Below are positions 14,229 through 22,957 of a DNA stretch of 64,000 nt, one piece after another (position 1 is the first letter of the stretch; each line of letters opens with the position of its first letter). The stretch is from Gloeobacterales cyanobacterium (lineage in GTDB: Bacteria; Cyanobacteriota; Cyanobacteriia; Gloeobacterales; PMM-0068). The position numbers and the translations under genes are program-made. The notes under the pieces are model-generated. The model ran no database searches, was not told the DNA's origin, and was given only the letters and a program-made list of their open reading frames with translations. Location of the stretch: NCBI GenBank assembly GCA_038245785.1, contig JBBRSB010000020.1, positions 21,485 through 85,484 on the forward strand. The letters are read 5' to 3'.

Positions 14229-14371
14229 TGCGAAGAGTCGGTGGGATGTGCCGAAGATTCTTGATAGGTATGTGGAGAGCAAGATGAATAGTGAATTAAT
14301 TATGCATTTGACATAATGAAGAAAGGCGAAGGTATTCGGACGGTCGAGACATTTTAAGAGAGGTCGGGAGA

Positions 14372-15034
14372 ATGGTAGCAGCGCTCGATTCGATTTCAGT
14401 TGCAGAAATTGATTTACAGGAAGGCAATGTGCTGGTGCTGCATGATGTTTCGTGGGAGCGCTATGAGGCGATCGTGGCTACCTTACAAACTCGCCACAAC
14501 TATCGAACTGCGTATTTAGATGGAGTGTTGGAAATTATGGCTCCGATGCCTGCCCATGAGCGTCCCCATCGCACTATTGGCTATTTTGTGACTGCATTAC
14601 TCGATGCGGAAGAACGAGACTGGGAGGATTTTGGGGCGACGACGTTTCGCAAGAAGGAAAAGCGGGCGGGGTTGGAGCCGGATACTTGTTTTTACGTGGA
14701 TGAGAATGCGCGAGTTGTTCGCGCTTGTATGGAGCAGATGGATTTGGCGGTCTATCCGCCACCGGATTTGGCAATTGAAGCGGATGTCACTTCTGGGACA
14801 ACGTTAGAAGTGTACTTAAGATTGCAGGTGCCGGAGGTTTGGATTTGGCGCAAGAATGAGCTAAACATTAATCTGTTGCAAAATGGGAAATATGTGGAAT
14901 CGCAGCAGAGTCAGGTATTTCCCAACTTTCCGATTCAGGAGTTGATTCCGCAGTGGCTCGATCGGGCGTTGCAAGATGGTACGAGTAAAGCCCTTCGCGA
15001 TATACGAAAGTTGTTGATCAAGGCAACGTTGTAA
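14372..15034 (+). CDS. Uma2 family endonuclease
   Basis: LEIMAP..HE, GLEPDTCFY, PPDLAIEAD, VPEVWIW motifs. Confidence 0.92.
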   Translation: MVAALDSISVAEIDLQEGNVLVLHDVSWERYEAIVATLQTRHNYRTAYLDGVLEIMAPMPAHERPHRTIGYFVTALLDAEERDWEDFGATTFRKKEKRAGLEPDTCFYVDENARVVRACMEQMDLAVYPPPDLAIEADVTSGTTLEVYLRLQVPEVWIWRKNELNINLLQNGKYVESQQSQVFPNFPIQELIPQWLDRALQDGTSKALRDIRKLLIKATL

Positions 15035-15049
15035 TTTCATGTGGCGCCT

Positions 15050-15262
15050 CTGAGCGAATTACGAATCCGTGCCTCGTTGCGGAGTTTAGCGAGAATAGAT
15101 GGGACGTTAGCTTGAGAGGTCATAGGTGAGAGCCTGAAGAATCGGGCGGAGTCTGCGTTCGGCACCACACATCCGCGCAGTTTCGGTGAGTTTTAGGAGG
15201 TTCGGTTTCGGCTTGCGACGCTTGAGATAGTTCTTGAGTCCCTCCAGGAAGAGGAAGTCGAA
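15050..15262 (-). pseudogene. Remnant of a type IV TA pair (AbiEi C-terminus plus AbiEii N-terminus)
   Basis: Manual translation: LEGLKNYLKRRKPKPNLLKLTETARMCGAERRLRPILQAL (stop at 15107), overlapped by MTSQANVPSILAKLRNEAR starting at 15123. Confidence 0.55.
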
Positions 15263-15353
15263 TCAATGGAAGCTAACGGGTGCCGTTACTTTACAAGGTC
15301 GAGGATGGGTTGTTGTATCAGATTACGCCCTGCCGCAGGTTTGAAACCATCCC

Positions 15354-16019
15354 CTACAACCAGTTGCCTTTCCAATCAAAATATTCGAGTGGGGCAAGTC
15401 GTTTTTTGTAATCGTAAGCCGAAGGCTCGAGTGTGGCGTATCCAGGGTAATAAAATGTTTTGCCCAGCGCAATTGAATACTTAATACTGCATAAAATTAA
15501 GTACACGCCAAGGCTGTGTTTTGATTCCTTTGGGTCGTAAATCGAGTAGATGCTCGATGTGCTGCTTGCGCCAATGTCGAGGAAGGTCACGCCAATCAAT
15601 CGTCCTTCTTTGAAAAGCGCAAGTTCTTTGGTTTCGCATGGCACTCGAGCGGGATCAAATCCGAGAAAAGAATAGAGCGAATCGGGAACGTTTTCTGTGA
15701 AGCGCTGCCTGTGCAGGGCAAACAGTTTGCGTTTTTCGAGGTCAATGAGCGCGTCACGGATGACCAATTCAAAGGAGGCATTTCGTTTCAGCACTCGAGC
15801 TTGACTGTTGCTAGGCTCAAAATGCTCGAGCCGCATTCTGAGCGGCATCACGGTTTTGAAGCCGTGAGCCTCCATCATGCGACTATAACGAAAAAAGTAC
15901 GAACCAAAATGCCGCCAACCTCCAGCCCAAGCACGATCCATCAATTCTGGACTGGCAAGCTCGAGTTCGCCCGATTCGTCGATGTTTGGCACGGTCATAA
16001 GTTTTGGAGTATCGCTCAA
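15354..16019 (-). CDS. Arginyl-tRNA-protein transferase family protein (Ate/Bpt)
   Basis: GWRHFGSYFFR, SSIYSIYDP, SLGVYLIL, YYPGY, YDYK motifs. Confidence 0.85.
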   Translation of the reverse strand: MSDTPKLMTVPNIDESGELELASPELMDRAWAGGWRHFGSYFFRYSRMMEAHGFKTVMPLRMRLEHFEPSNSQARVLKRNASFELVIRDALIDLEKRKLFALHRQRFTENVPDSLYSFLGFDPARVPCETKELALFKEGRLIGVTFLDIGASSTSSIYSIYDPKESKHSLGVYLILCSIKYSIALGKTFYYPGYATLEPSAYDYKKRLAPLEYFDWKGNWL

Positions 16020-16103
16020 GCCTCAGTGTTTTTCTCCCAGGGCAAGATTATCATGTCACGCTCAAGCGTCCGTTCGTGACCTTTTCCCTCCTTATTATTT
16101 GAT

Positions 16104-16317
16104 TGAGGTAACACCATCTGGCTATGGTCTTCACGGGGAAAGTCTGGATCTAGGAGTACCAGAACTGGTTGCAGGTCTTTTTGGTACACAAACCTGGATG
16201 AAAGAGTTAGGACGTCTAGGCGGACAGGTAAAATCAGCCGCGAAGGAGAAAGCTGCTCGCGAAAATGGCAAGCGTGGAGGCCGACCTCGGAAGCCTGAAG
16301 CTGTGCGGAAGAGTTGA
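16104..16317 (+). pseudogene. 5'-truncated second copy of the DUF2442 antitoxin
   Basis: Closely parallels 13970-14180 at DNA and protein level but lacks the N-terminal half. Confidence 0.8.
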
Positions 16318-16376
16318 ACGCAGGGTTTACCATACTAAAACGTAGACTTGGCCTAACCGCAATCTATCACGTAACT

Positions 16377-16703
16377 TCAATCTGCAATCAACTTACTGCT
16401 TACTAGACGATTTAGACTTATGCCCTGTTCAGCCGCTCGGGTCGCCAGTTCCCGATGCTGTTCAGGAGGAATTCTGACCATGAACCTGCCGCTGTATTGT
16501 TTTTTAGATAAGGGGGTTGGAATAGGCTCATTGTGAGCCGCTAAATCAAGAATGCATTCTTGTACTAGAGCAACAATTCCAGAGAAGGCTTTTTGGTGAT
16601 CCTTATCCAGCCAACTCATGCCAGGAAATTCAGCACATAAGCCAACGAACTCTTCATCCTCTTCAGACCAGAACACTCGGTAGGTATAAAATTTAGCGTC
16701 CAT
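16377..16703 (-). CDS. hicB: HicB family antitoxin
   Basis: YTYRVFWSEEDEEFVGLCAEFP and a YSGRFMVRIPPEQHR ribbon-helix-helix tail; ATG at 16703. Confidence 0.9.
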   Translation of the reverse strand: MDAKFYTYRVFWSEEDEEFVGLCAEFPGMSWLDKDHQKAFSGIVALVQECILDLAAHNEPIPTPLSKKQYSGRFMVRIPPEQHRELATRAAEQGISLNRLVSSKLIAD

Positions 16704-16948
16704 CACATTGATTCCTTTTTCTTGATAGCGGCTAAGACTTGCTTTACTTGGTACGGTTTTCCCATGCCTTTTTTCGGCTGGATGTTGACGTATGGCTCTC
16801 CTTCCCAAAGCGTCCGATAAAAGCGATGGCTCCCGCTGCTTTGTCGAGGTTCTCCAAAATAGTGGTCACACACTTTGCACAAGTCAGAGAACTTAATGCC
16901 TTTTGGGTTATTCTCCATGCTGGCAACAATTTTTTGGATATTAGCCAT
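16703..16948 (-). CDS. hicA: HicA family toxin
   Basis: NPKGIKFSDL, GSHRFY, KPYQVKQVL motifs. Confidence 0.88.
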   Translation of the reverse strand: MANIQKIVASMENNPKGIKFSDLCKVCDHYFGEPRQSSGSHRFYRTLWEGEPYVNIQPKKGMGKPYQVKQVLAAIKKKESM

Positions 16949-16958
16949 ACTTTATATG

Positions 16959-16980
16959 GTATCAATATTAGTATCAATAT
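16959..16980. promoter_or_regulatory. Direct-repeat operator upstream of hicA
   Basis: GTATCAATAT at 16959-16968 and again at 16971-16980. Confidence 0.45.
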
Positions 16981-17060
16981 ATCATCACTAAAAGCTCAAT
17001 AGCCACTGAAACCATAGCGTCAGTAGTCTTGGTAAATCTAGCTAAGTGTTAATCTGGTCA

Positions 17061-17273
17061 TGAACTTGCTGATGCCATTCACGTCCCGTATCAGCGCATC
17101 AATGAGATCATCGATGGGCGTCGAGGGATTACACCTAGCTCTGCGCTTCGGCTAGAGAAATTCTTCGGAATGTCGGCAGGCTTCTGAATGAATCTCCAGT
17201 TGCGATGGGACCTCTATGACGCCCAAGAGACTGAGTAGGAAGCACTCAAATCTATTTGTTATACACAGCTTGA
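17061..17273 (+). pseudogene. higA: higA pseudogene (3' part)
   Basis: Parallels 12805-13021; in-frame stops TGA 17185 and TAG 17236; 5' end absent. Confidence 0.85.
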
Positions 17274-17328
17274 GAAATTTAGTTAAGATTGCGAGCGGGA
17301 GCTTAAATTAACTCTTCAGAGGCAAACC

Positions 17329-18666
17329 GTGAGTTTATCGAGACGAGGTTTTTTTACTTTAGCGGGTTCGAGTACTGCTAGTGTGATTTTAGCTGCACCT
17401 TTGAAAAACTTGTATGCTAAAACTTTGTCTAAACAATCGATTAAGGGAAGAGGTTTTGGAAAACTTATCCCCGATCCTAATGGCATCTTAGATTTACCCA
17501 AAGGGTTTAAGTATAGAGTGCTCTCTAAAACTGGAGAGATGATGAGCGATCGCACCAAAGTACCAGATAAAAAAGACGGTATGGCGGCTTTTCCTGGGAC
17601 AAACGGTACGACTATTTTGGTGAGAAATCACGAACTCAAGCCAGATCCAACCCAAAAAATAGCAATCGTCAATGCCGCAGATTCTTGTAAATATGATAAA
17701 TTAGCGCCAGGGGGAACAACTACTTTAGTTATCGACAATAACTATCAAGTTCTCCAACAATACGTATCTCTAAGTGGTACTATCCGCAACTGTTCTGGTG
17801 GGACGACTCCCTGGGGTTCTTGGATTAGTAGCGAAGAAGATGTTTCTACTCCGATTACTGTTGCTAATAATTCAAGCGATCGCATGAAAGAATCTTTTCA
17901 AGTATCTCTCAAACACGGATATAACTTTGAAGTTCCTTCTCATGGAAAAGTTACTACTCCAGTTCCTTTAAAAGCAATGGGCAGATTTCGACATGAAGCC
18001 ATCGCTGTCGATCCGCAAACTGGATATATTTACCAAACTGAGGATCGAGAAGACAGTTGTATCTATCGTTTCATCCCTACACAAGCAGGAAAATTGGAAG
18101 CAGGTGGAACTTTAGAAGCTTTGGTAATTGACGGAATGCCAAAGATGAACACATCTGTTGATTTTCCTATGGACGAACCGAAAAAAGTTACATGGATCAG
18201 ACTAGAAGATGTCGATCCCAACGAAGATACTCTACGTCAAGAAGCACAATTTAAAGGTGCAGCAATTTTCAGACGTGGAGAAGGAATGTGTTACGGCAAT
18301 GGCGAAATTTTTTGGACTTGTACTAATGGTGGTAAAGCGAAAGTGGGTCAAATTTTTCGTTACAATCCTAAAGCCGAAACAGTCGAACTCTTTGTTGAGT
18401 CTCCCAGCTCTGAGGTTTTAGACTTCCCTGACAACTTGATTCTATCTCCTTTCGGTCATTTAATTGTTTGCGAAGATGGTAAAGGCGAACAGTTCGTTAC
18501 GGGAGTAAATCCCCAAGGAGAATGTTACCATTTCGCACGTAATGCTTTAAATAAAGCAGAGTTTGCAGGGGTCTGTTTTTCTCCAGATGGGAAAACAATG
18601 TTTGTCAATATTTACGAACCTGGTATTACTCTGGCTGTTTGGGGAAATTGGCAAGCTGTGTTGTAG
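17329..18666 (+). CDS. phoX: Tat-exported alkaline phosphatase PhoX (DUF839)
   Basis: SRRGFF Tat motif; NCSGGTTPWG, MGRFRHEA, PDNL, EFAGVCFSPDG motifs. Confidence 0.9.
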   Translation: MSLSRRGFFTLAGSSTASVILAAPLKNLYAKTLSKQSIKGRGFGKLIPDPNGILDLPKGFKYRVLSKTGEMMSDRTKVPDKKDGMAAFPGTNGTTILVRNHELKPDPTQKIAIVNAADSCKYDKLAPGGTTTLVIDNNYQVLQQYVSLSGTIRNCSGGTTPWGSWISSEEDVSTPITVANNSSDRMKESFQVSLKHGYNFEVPSHGKVTTPVPLKAMGRFRHEAIAVDPQTGYIYQTEDREDSCIYRFIPTQAGKLEAGGTLEALVIDGMPKMNTSVDFPMDEPKKVTWIRLEDVDPNEDTLRQEAQFKGAAIFRRGEGMCYGNGEIFWTCTNGGKAKVGQIFRYNPKAETVELFVESPSSEVLDFPDNLILSPFGHLIVCEDGKGEQFVTGVNPQGECYHFARNALNKAEFAGVCFSPDGKTMFVNIYEPGITLAVWGNWQAVL

Positions 18667-18731
18667 TAATTTTTCTCAGTACAGCAACCTTCCCAGAAAA
18701 ACAATTCTGCTATTGAACAGGAATAAGGACG

Positions 18732-18767
18732 ATTACTTCTCTTGGGAAAAGTTGAACTAATGGAAAC
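18732..18767 (+). repeat. Solitary near-intact CRISPR repeat
   Basis: ATTACTTCTCTTGGGAAAAGTTGAACTAATGGAAAC, 31/36 identity; the 3' 19 nt are perfect. Confidence 0.9.
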
Positions 18768-19112
18768 TCTTGGCTCCCTTGAGATTGGGACTAGTGCTTT
18801 CGAACACCTATTTCCGACATTTTGCGATCGAAACTGAGGGCGACACCGGGTGAAGTAGCTGCTTGCGATTGACTTGATACTGAATATAAAGTTAAACTGC
18901 CCAGTGTAATGGCCGTTGCACTAAGGCCTAGCATCAGTTTTTGTCTGGAGAACATTGATTATCCAATTGATTGGCATCATTTTGCAATAAAGTGACAAAA
19001 TAATCTAGCCTATTGAAATACTTTCTTAAGTAGACCGCCTGGATCGCCCTATAATTTATTTCTTGGCTCTCTTTGCCAAAGAGGACTAGCGGCTTTGATA
19101 AACGCTCAGCAC

Positions 19113-19480
19113 TTGACACTCCCACGGCTGCAGCTTGTGCTTTGCACGGGCTAAGCCCTACGCGAAGCATAAGCGCGTGGGATTCTTGTTTGAACGAGCT
19201 ACCTTTCTAAATTTTAATCCCCACAAGGGAATTAGCCCCAAAAAGCCCACTCCGAAGGGTAGGCTCTAGCGCAAAAGAAGGCAAGACTATTCGTTCATGT
19301 ACTCGTTTAACTGGTGCCCAAGCCCACCATCAGGGTTATGGATCATGGGTATCCGGAAAATCTTTTCAAGCTTCCAAGAGTCTTAGCTAAATCTGCCTGG
19401 ACAAACACCTGTGAAACAAGTGGCCGAACCCTATGCGGTCGTCCATCCCAAAGTGCAGGTGAGCAGAGGTCTCACCAATA
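19113..19480 (-). mobile_element. IS200/IS605-family right end with a structured non-coding remnant (no tnpA/tnpB ORF)
   Basis: Minus strand reads AGAATCCCACG...CGTGGGAGTGTCAA, the hairpin-plus-TCAA end typical of cyanobacterial IS605 elements. The inner boundary is approximate. Confidence 0.6.
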
Positions 19481-19784
19481 GCAAGCTAGCTTTATAGGCA
19501 AAGATGAGGGGCTAATTAAAGTGGAATCTGACTGAACCTTTGAAAACTTAGCAGAGTAAAAAAAACACAAAATTGAGGTGTTCCTCAGCTTAAAACTGAT
19601 AAAAACAGAAGCCTAGAAGAAATGAATTGGTGTTTGCATCTAAAACCATTGCCATGACACTTCAATCAGACATTAACAAGCCTCTTGTCATAAATGTTTG
19701 CTAGAAGCACATAAAGTATCTTTATTGTGACATCATCGTTCAAAATTGGCATTATTCTATTCATAAATTTGTTGAGGAGCCTCC

Positions 19785-20456
19785 ATGCGAAAGTTAATTC
19801 GAGGTTTGCGCGAGTTTCAGGATAACTATTTCCCATCACATTTAGAACTGTTTGAGAAGCTGGGCATGGAGCAAAAGCCCAGAGTTCTATTTATTACCTG
19901 TTCAGATTCGCGGATTGTGCCAAACCTGCTTACCAAAGCGGATGTGGGCGAACTGTTTATTATCCGCAATGCGGGTAATATCATCCCTCCCTACGGGACC
20001 TTGAGTGGCGAGGGTGCAACCATAGAGTATGCCATTCAATCGCTTGAAATTGAGCAAATCATCGTCTGTGGACATACCCACTGTGGAGCCATGAACGGCT
20101 TATTAAAGCTGGACCAACTGCGTGAAGAAATGCCGATTACCTATCAATGGCTAAAACTGGCTGAGGGAACAAGACGATTGGTGAAAGAAAACTACACGCA
20201 CCTCATGGATAAAGAATTGCTGGAAGTCACCAGTGCGGAAAATGTATTGACGCAGATCGATAATCTTAAAACCTATCCGGTAATACGGTCGCGCCTTTAC
20301 CAAGCCCGGCTAAATATTTATGGTTGGGTGTATAACCTCGAAACGGGTCAAGTACTGGCCTATGACTCAGTGAGTCATTCCTATGTGCCGCCTCAACATC
20401 AGTTAGTAGATGAATTGCCTGAGCCATCTTTACCTTCAGATTTGTCAAATCTGTAA
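19785..20456 (+). CDS. Beta-class carbonic anhydrase (IcfA/CcaA-like)
   Basis: CSDSR, RNAGN and GHTHCGA zinc-ligand motifs. Confidence 0.93.
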   Translation: MRKLIRGLREFQDNYFPSHLELFEKLGMEQKPRVLFITCSDSRIVPNLLTKADVGELFIIRNAGNIIPPYGTLSGEGATIEYAIQSLEIEQIIVCGHTHCGAMNGLLKLDQLREEMPITYQWLKLAEGTRRLVKENYTHLMDKELLEVTSAENVLTQIDNLKTYPVIRSRLYQARLNIYGWVYNLETGQVLAYDSVSHSYVPPQHQLVDELPEPSLPSDLSNL

Positions 20457-20542
20457 TCATCTATGGGAGTTGCTACCCATTGACTTCTATCGCGGACAGC
20501 CCTACCCGTCAGAGGTTCTGGGGTGTTAACTATTGGATACGC

Positions 20543-21928
20543 CTAGTCTAATTTTTCAAACCTTGCCTGAAAAAATCTAAGGTACTTTGGTTCATAAATC
20601 ATTTTTAATCCTTTTATATGGTGGCGTTGTTCATATACCCTACCTGCCGATTCAGCAATCACATCCATGTGTGCCTGGGTATACACACGCCGGGGAATGG
20701 TAAAACGGACCAGTTCCAGTTTGGGATAGTAGTTTTCACCATTAGCTTTTCTGCCAGAAGAAACAATTCCACGTTCCATGGTTCTTACACCAGAATCCAG
20801 ATACACTTCTGCAGCCAATGTTTGAGCAGGGAAATCATCCTGCGGGATATGGGGTAAAAACTTTTTAGCATCCACAAAAATGCCATGTCCACCGATGGGT
20901 TTTACGATCGGTATTTCGTATTCCATCATTTTTTTACCAAGATAAATAACCTGTCCCACCCGTGCACGGATATGGTCATCGGATACACTCTCCTTTATAC
21001 CAATTGCCATAGCTTCCATATCTCTTCCTGTCAGACCACCATAGGTATGCAAGCCCTCATACACCACCACCATGTTTCTTGCTTCTTCAAAAACATCCCA
21101 GTCATTAATGGCAAGAAATCCACCGATATTCACCAATGCATCTTTTTTAGCGCTCATCGTGGCACCATCGGTGTACGAACAGATTTCCTTGACAATTTCT
21201 TTTATGGGTCTGTCCCGATATCCTTCTTCTCTTTGTTGAATAAAGTAAGCATTTTCTGCCACTCTGGTCATATCGTGAATGATGCGGATGCCATGCTTTT
21301 CAGTCAAGGCTCTTAGCTCTTTCAAGTTTTGCATACTGATAGGCTGACCACCTGCCATGTTCACACTGGTGGCCATACTGATATAGGGAATTTTTTTTGC
21401 ACTATATTTTTTGATAAGCCCTTCTAATTTATCTAAGTTGACATTCCCTTTGAACAAAGATTCACTCTCCGGGTCATGAGCTTCATCAACAATTACATCT
21501 TCAAATTTTCCACCAGCCAGTTCCTGGTGCAGACGGGTAGTCGTGAAGTACATATTGCCAGGAATAATATCGCCTTTCTTAATTAAAACCTTTGATAAGA
21601 TGTTTTCGGCTCCACGGCCCTGGTGGGTAGGGATGAAATATTTGTAGCCATAAATCTCTTTTACTGTTTCTTCTAAGTGATAAAAATTACGGCTGCCTGC
21701 ATAGGCTTCATCACCCATCATCATTCCCGCCCACTGGTGATCACTCATTGCAGAGGTGCCGCTATCGGTGAGTAAATCAATATAAACATCTTCTGACTTG
21801 AGAAGAAAGGTATTATAGCCAGCTTCTTGCAAAGCACTTTTTCTTTGGGCCAAAGTTGTCATCTTTAGCAACTCAACCATTTTTATTTTATAAGGTTCGG
21901 CCCAGCTTCTATTAGAATGCTCACTCAT
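20543..21928 (-). CDS. tpl: Tyrosine phenol-lyase
   Basis: DLLTDSGT and SAKKD (PLP lysine). YFTTT and LRFF are the TPL-type residues; tryptophanase has FDTT and LRHF. Confidence 0.9.
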   Translation of the reverse strand: MSEHSNRSWAEPYKIKMVELLKMTTLAQRKSALQEAGYNTFLLKSEDVYIDLLTDSGTSAMSDHQWAGMMMGDEAYAGSRNFYHLEETVKEIYGYKYFIPTHQGRGAENILSKVLIKKGDIIPGNMYFTTTRLHQELAGGKFEDVIVDEAHDPESESLFKGNVNLDKLEGLIKKYSAKKIPYISMATSVNMAGGQPISMQNLKELRALTEKHGIRIIHDMTRVAENAYFIQQREEGYRDRPIKEIVKEICSYTDGATMSAKKDALVNIGGFLAINDWDVFEEARNMVVVYEGLHTYGGLTGRDMEAMAIGIKESVSDDHIRARVGQVIYLGKKMMEYEIPIVKPIGGHGIFVDAKKFLPHIPQDDFPAQTLAAEVYLDSGVRTMERGIVSSGRKANGENYYPKLELVRFTIPRRVYTQAHMDVIAESAGRVYEQRHHIKGLKMIYEPKYLRFFQARFEKLD

Positions 21929-22015
21929 TGTTTTAGATTTTAATTTAATGAAATTTAGTCTAGCAAAAAATATCTCAACATCGGTGCTTCTTTAATAATT
22001 TTAATTCTTTTATTT

Positions 22016-22052
22016 ATTGCTTCCCTTCGGGGGAAGCTGAATTAATGAGAAC
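22016..22052 (+). repeat. Solitary near-intact CRISPR repeat
   Basis: ATTGCTTCCCTTCGGGGGAAGCTGAATTAATGAGAAC: one extra G and 4 substitutions relative to the array repeat. Confidence 0.9.
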
Positions 22053-22161
22053 TTAGTTATTAATTGAATAATAGTTTGCTATTAGTTAGTGATTAAATAA
22101 GTAGATAAAATAAGATAATAACGGACACAATACCCATCTTGAACTGGGAGATGACTACACG

Positions 22162-22701
22162 ATGACTTTTACTTTTGAATCTGCTATTGAGGAAGCTCAA
22201 AGTCTCCTAGACTCAGAGAATTTAACAGAAGCAGAGCTAGTAGCTAGAACTAAAACGCTTCTAGAGACAGAGGTGGGTGCTCGGGGTTTATTTGTGGTCT
22301 ATCTGACGGGAGATACTCCCTTGGCAGACCAAGCTCCGGATTGGTTGCTCACCCTCTTAGCACAGGCTCCAGATTCAGCGTCTGAACTGTTGGTGAAAAA
22401 TTTGGCAATGTCTACAGCAACAGGCCTTGCCCATGAAGCCCAAGGGAATCTAGAACAGGCTGATGGCTCTCGGCAAGTGGCACAGCGCACCACCGCACTC
22501 CTACAGGCTCTAAGTCATCCTCCTTTTGGTCCTGTTCCCGCTTTGGAGCAAAGAAAAACGGCTATGCTTCAGACCCTAAAAGAAAAACAGGGAGTGTACA
22601 GTCCTTTCCTAGATCGTTGGGGCTATAATCCCGCTCAACGGGAAGCGATTGGTCGTGCGTTTCAAAACGTCACTGATCCCCCTAAGACGGATCTGGCTTG
22701 A
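22162..22701 (+). CDS. Conserved cyanobacterial hypothetical protein
   Basis: GARGLFVVYLTGD, LLVKNLAMS and FLDRWGY motifs recalled from cyanobacterial hypotheticals. Confidence 0.75.
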   Translation: MTFTFESAIEEAQSLLDSENLTEAELVARTKTLLETEVGARGLFVVYLTGDTPLADQAPDWLLTLLAQAPDSASELLVKNLAMSTATGLAHEAQGNLEQADGSRQVAQRTTALLQALSHPPFGPVPALEQRKTAMLQTLKEKQGVYSPFLDRWGYNPAQREAIGRAFQNVTDPPKTDLA

Positions 22702-22939
22702 ACAGGTCTGGATTGATCAGGCTGTCGATGTCAGCAGGAGGCTCTACCACACCGCCTGAGGTATAGATGGCCGCCGTCTCCATAATCGTGTCCCAGTCCG
22801 TGTTGGTAATATACTCGCGGGCAGCCTTGGCTGATTCTAAATGGGGGCATTGGTCCCCTAAAACACAACCATTCACGCAGACTTCTGCACAATTCACCGT
22901 CTTGGGATCGGTCACTTGGATAACCTCTTTTTGAGTCAA
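22682..22939 (-). CDS. Small Cys-rich cyanobacterial hypothetical protein
   Basis: NCAEVCVNGCVLGDQCPH motif; follows the Rrf2 gene on the same strand. Confidence 0.65.
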   Translation of the reverse strand: MTQKEVIQVTDPKTVNCAEVCVNGCVLGDQCPHLESAKAAREYITNTDWDTIMETAAIYTSGGVVEPPADIDSLINPDLFKPDPS

Positions 22940-22957
22940 CGCTATTTTGCCACGCTT

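Noticed and set aside
16306..16326. CGGAAGAGTTGAACGCAGGG, resembling the repeat core
   Set aside because: Only about 14/20 identity, no hairpin, and mostly explained by the end of the DUF2442 copy.
20543..21928. Tryptophanase (tnaA) call
   Set aside because: The diagnostic residues YFTTT and LRFF favour tyrosine phenol-lyase.
22053..22100. Sequence after the 22016 repeat as a third guide to the cas promoter
   Set aside because: No match to 7663-7877; the sequence is low-complexity and AT-rich.
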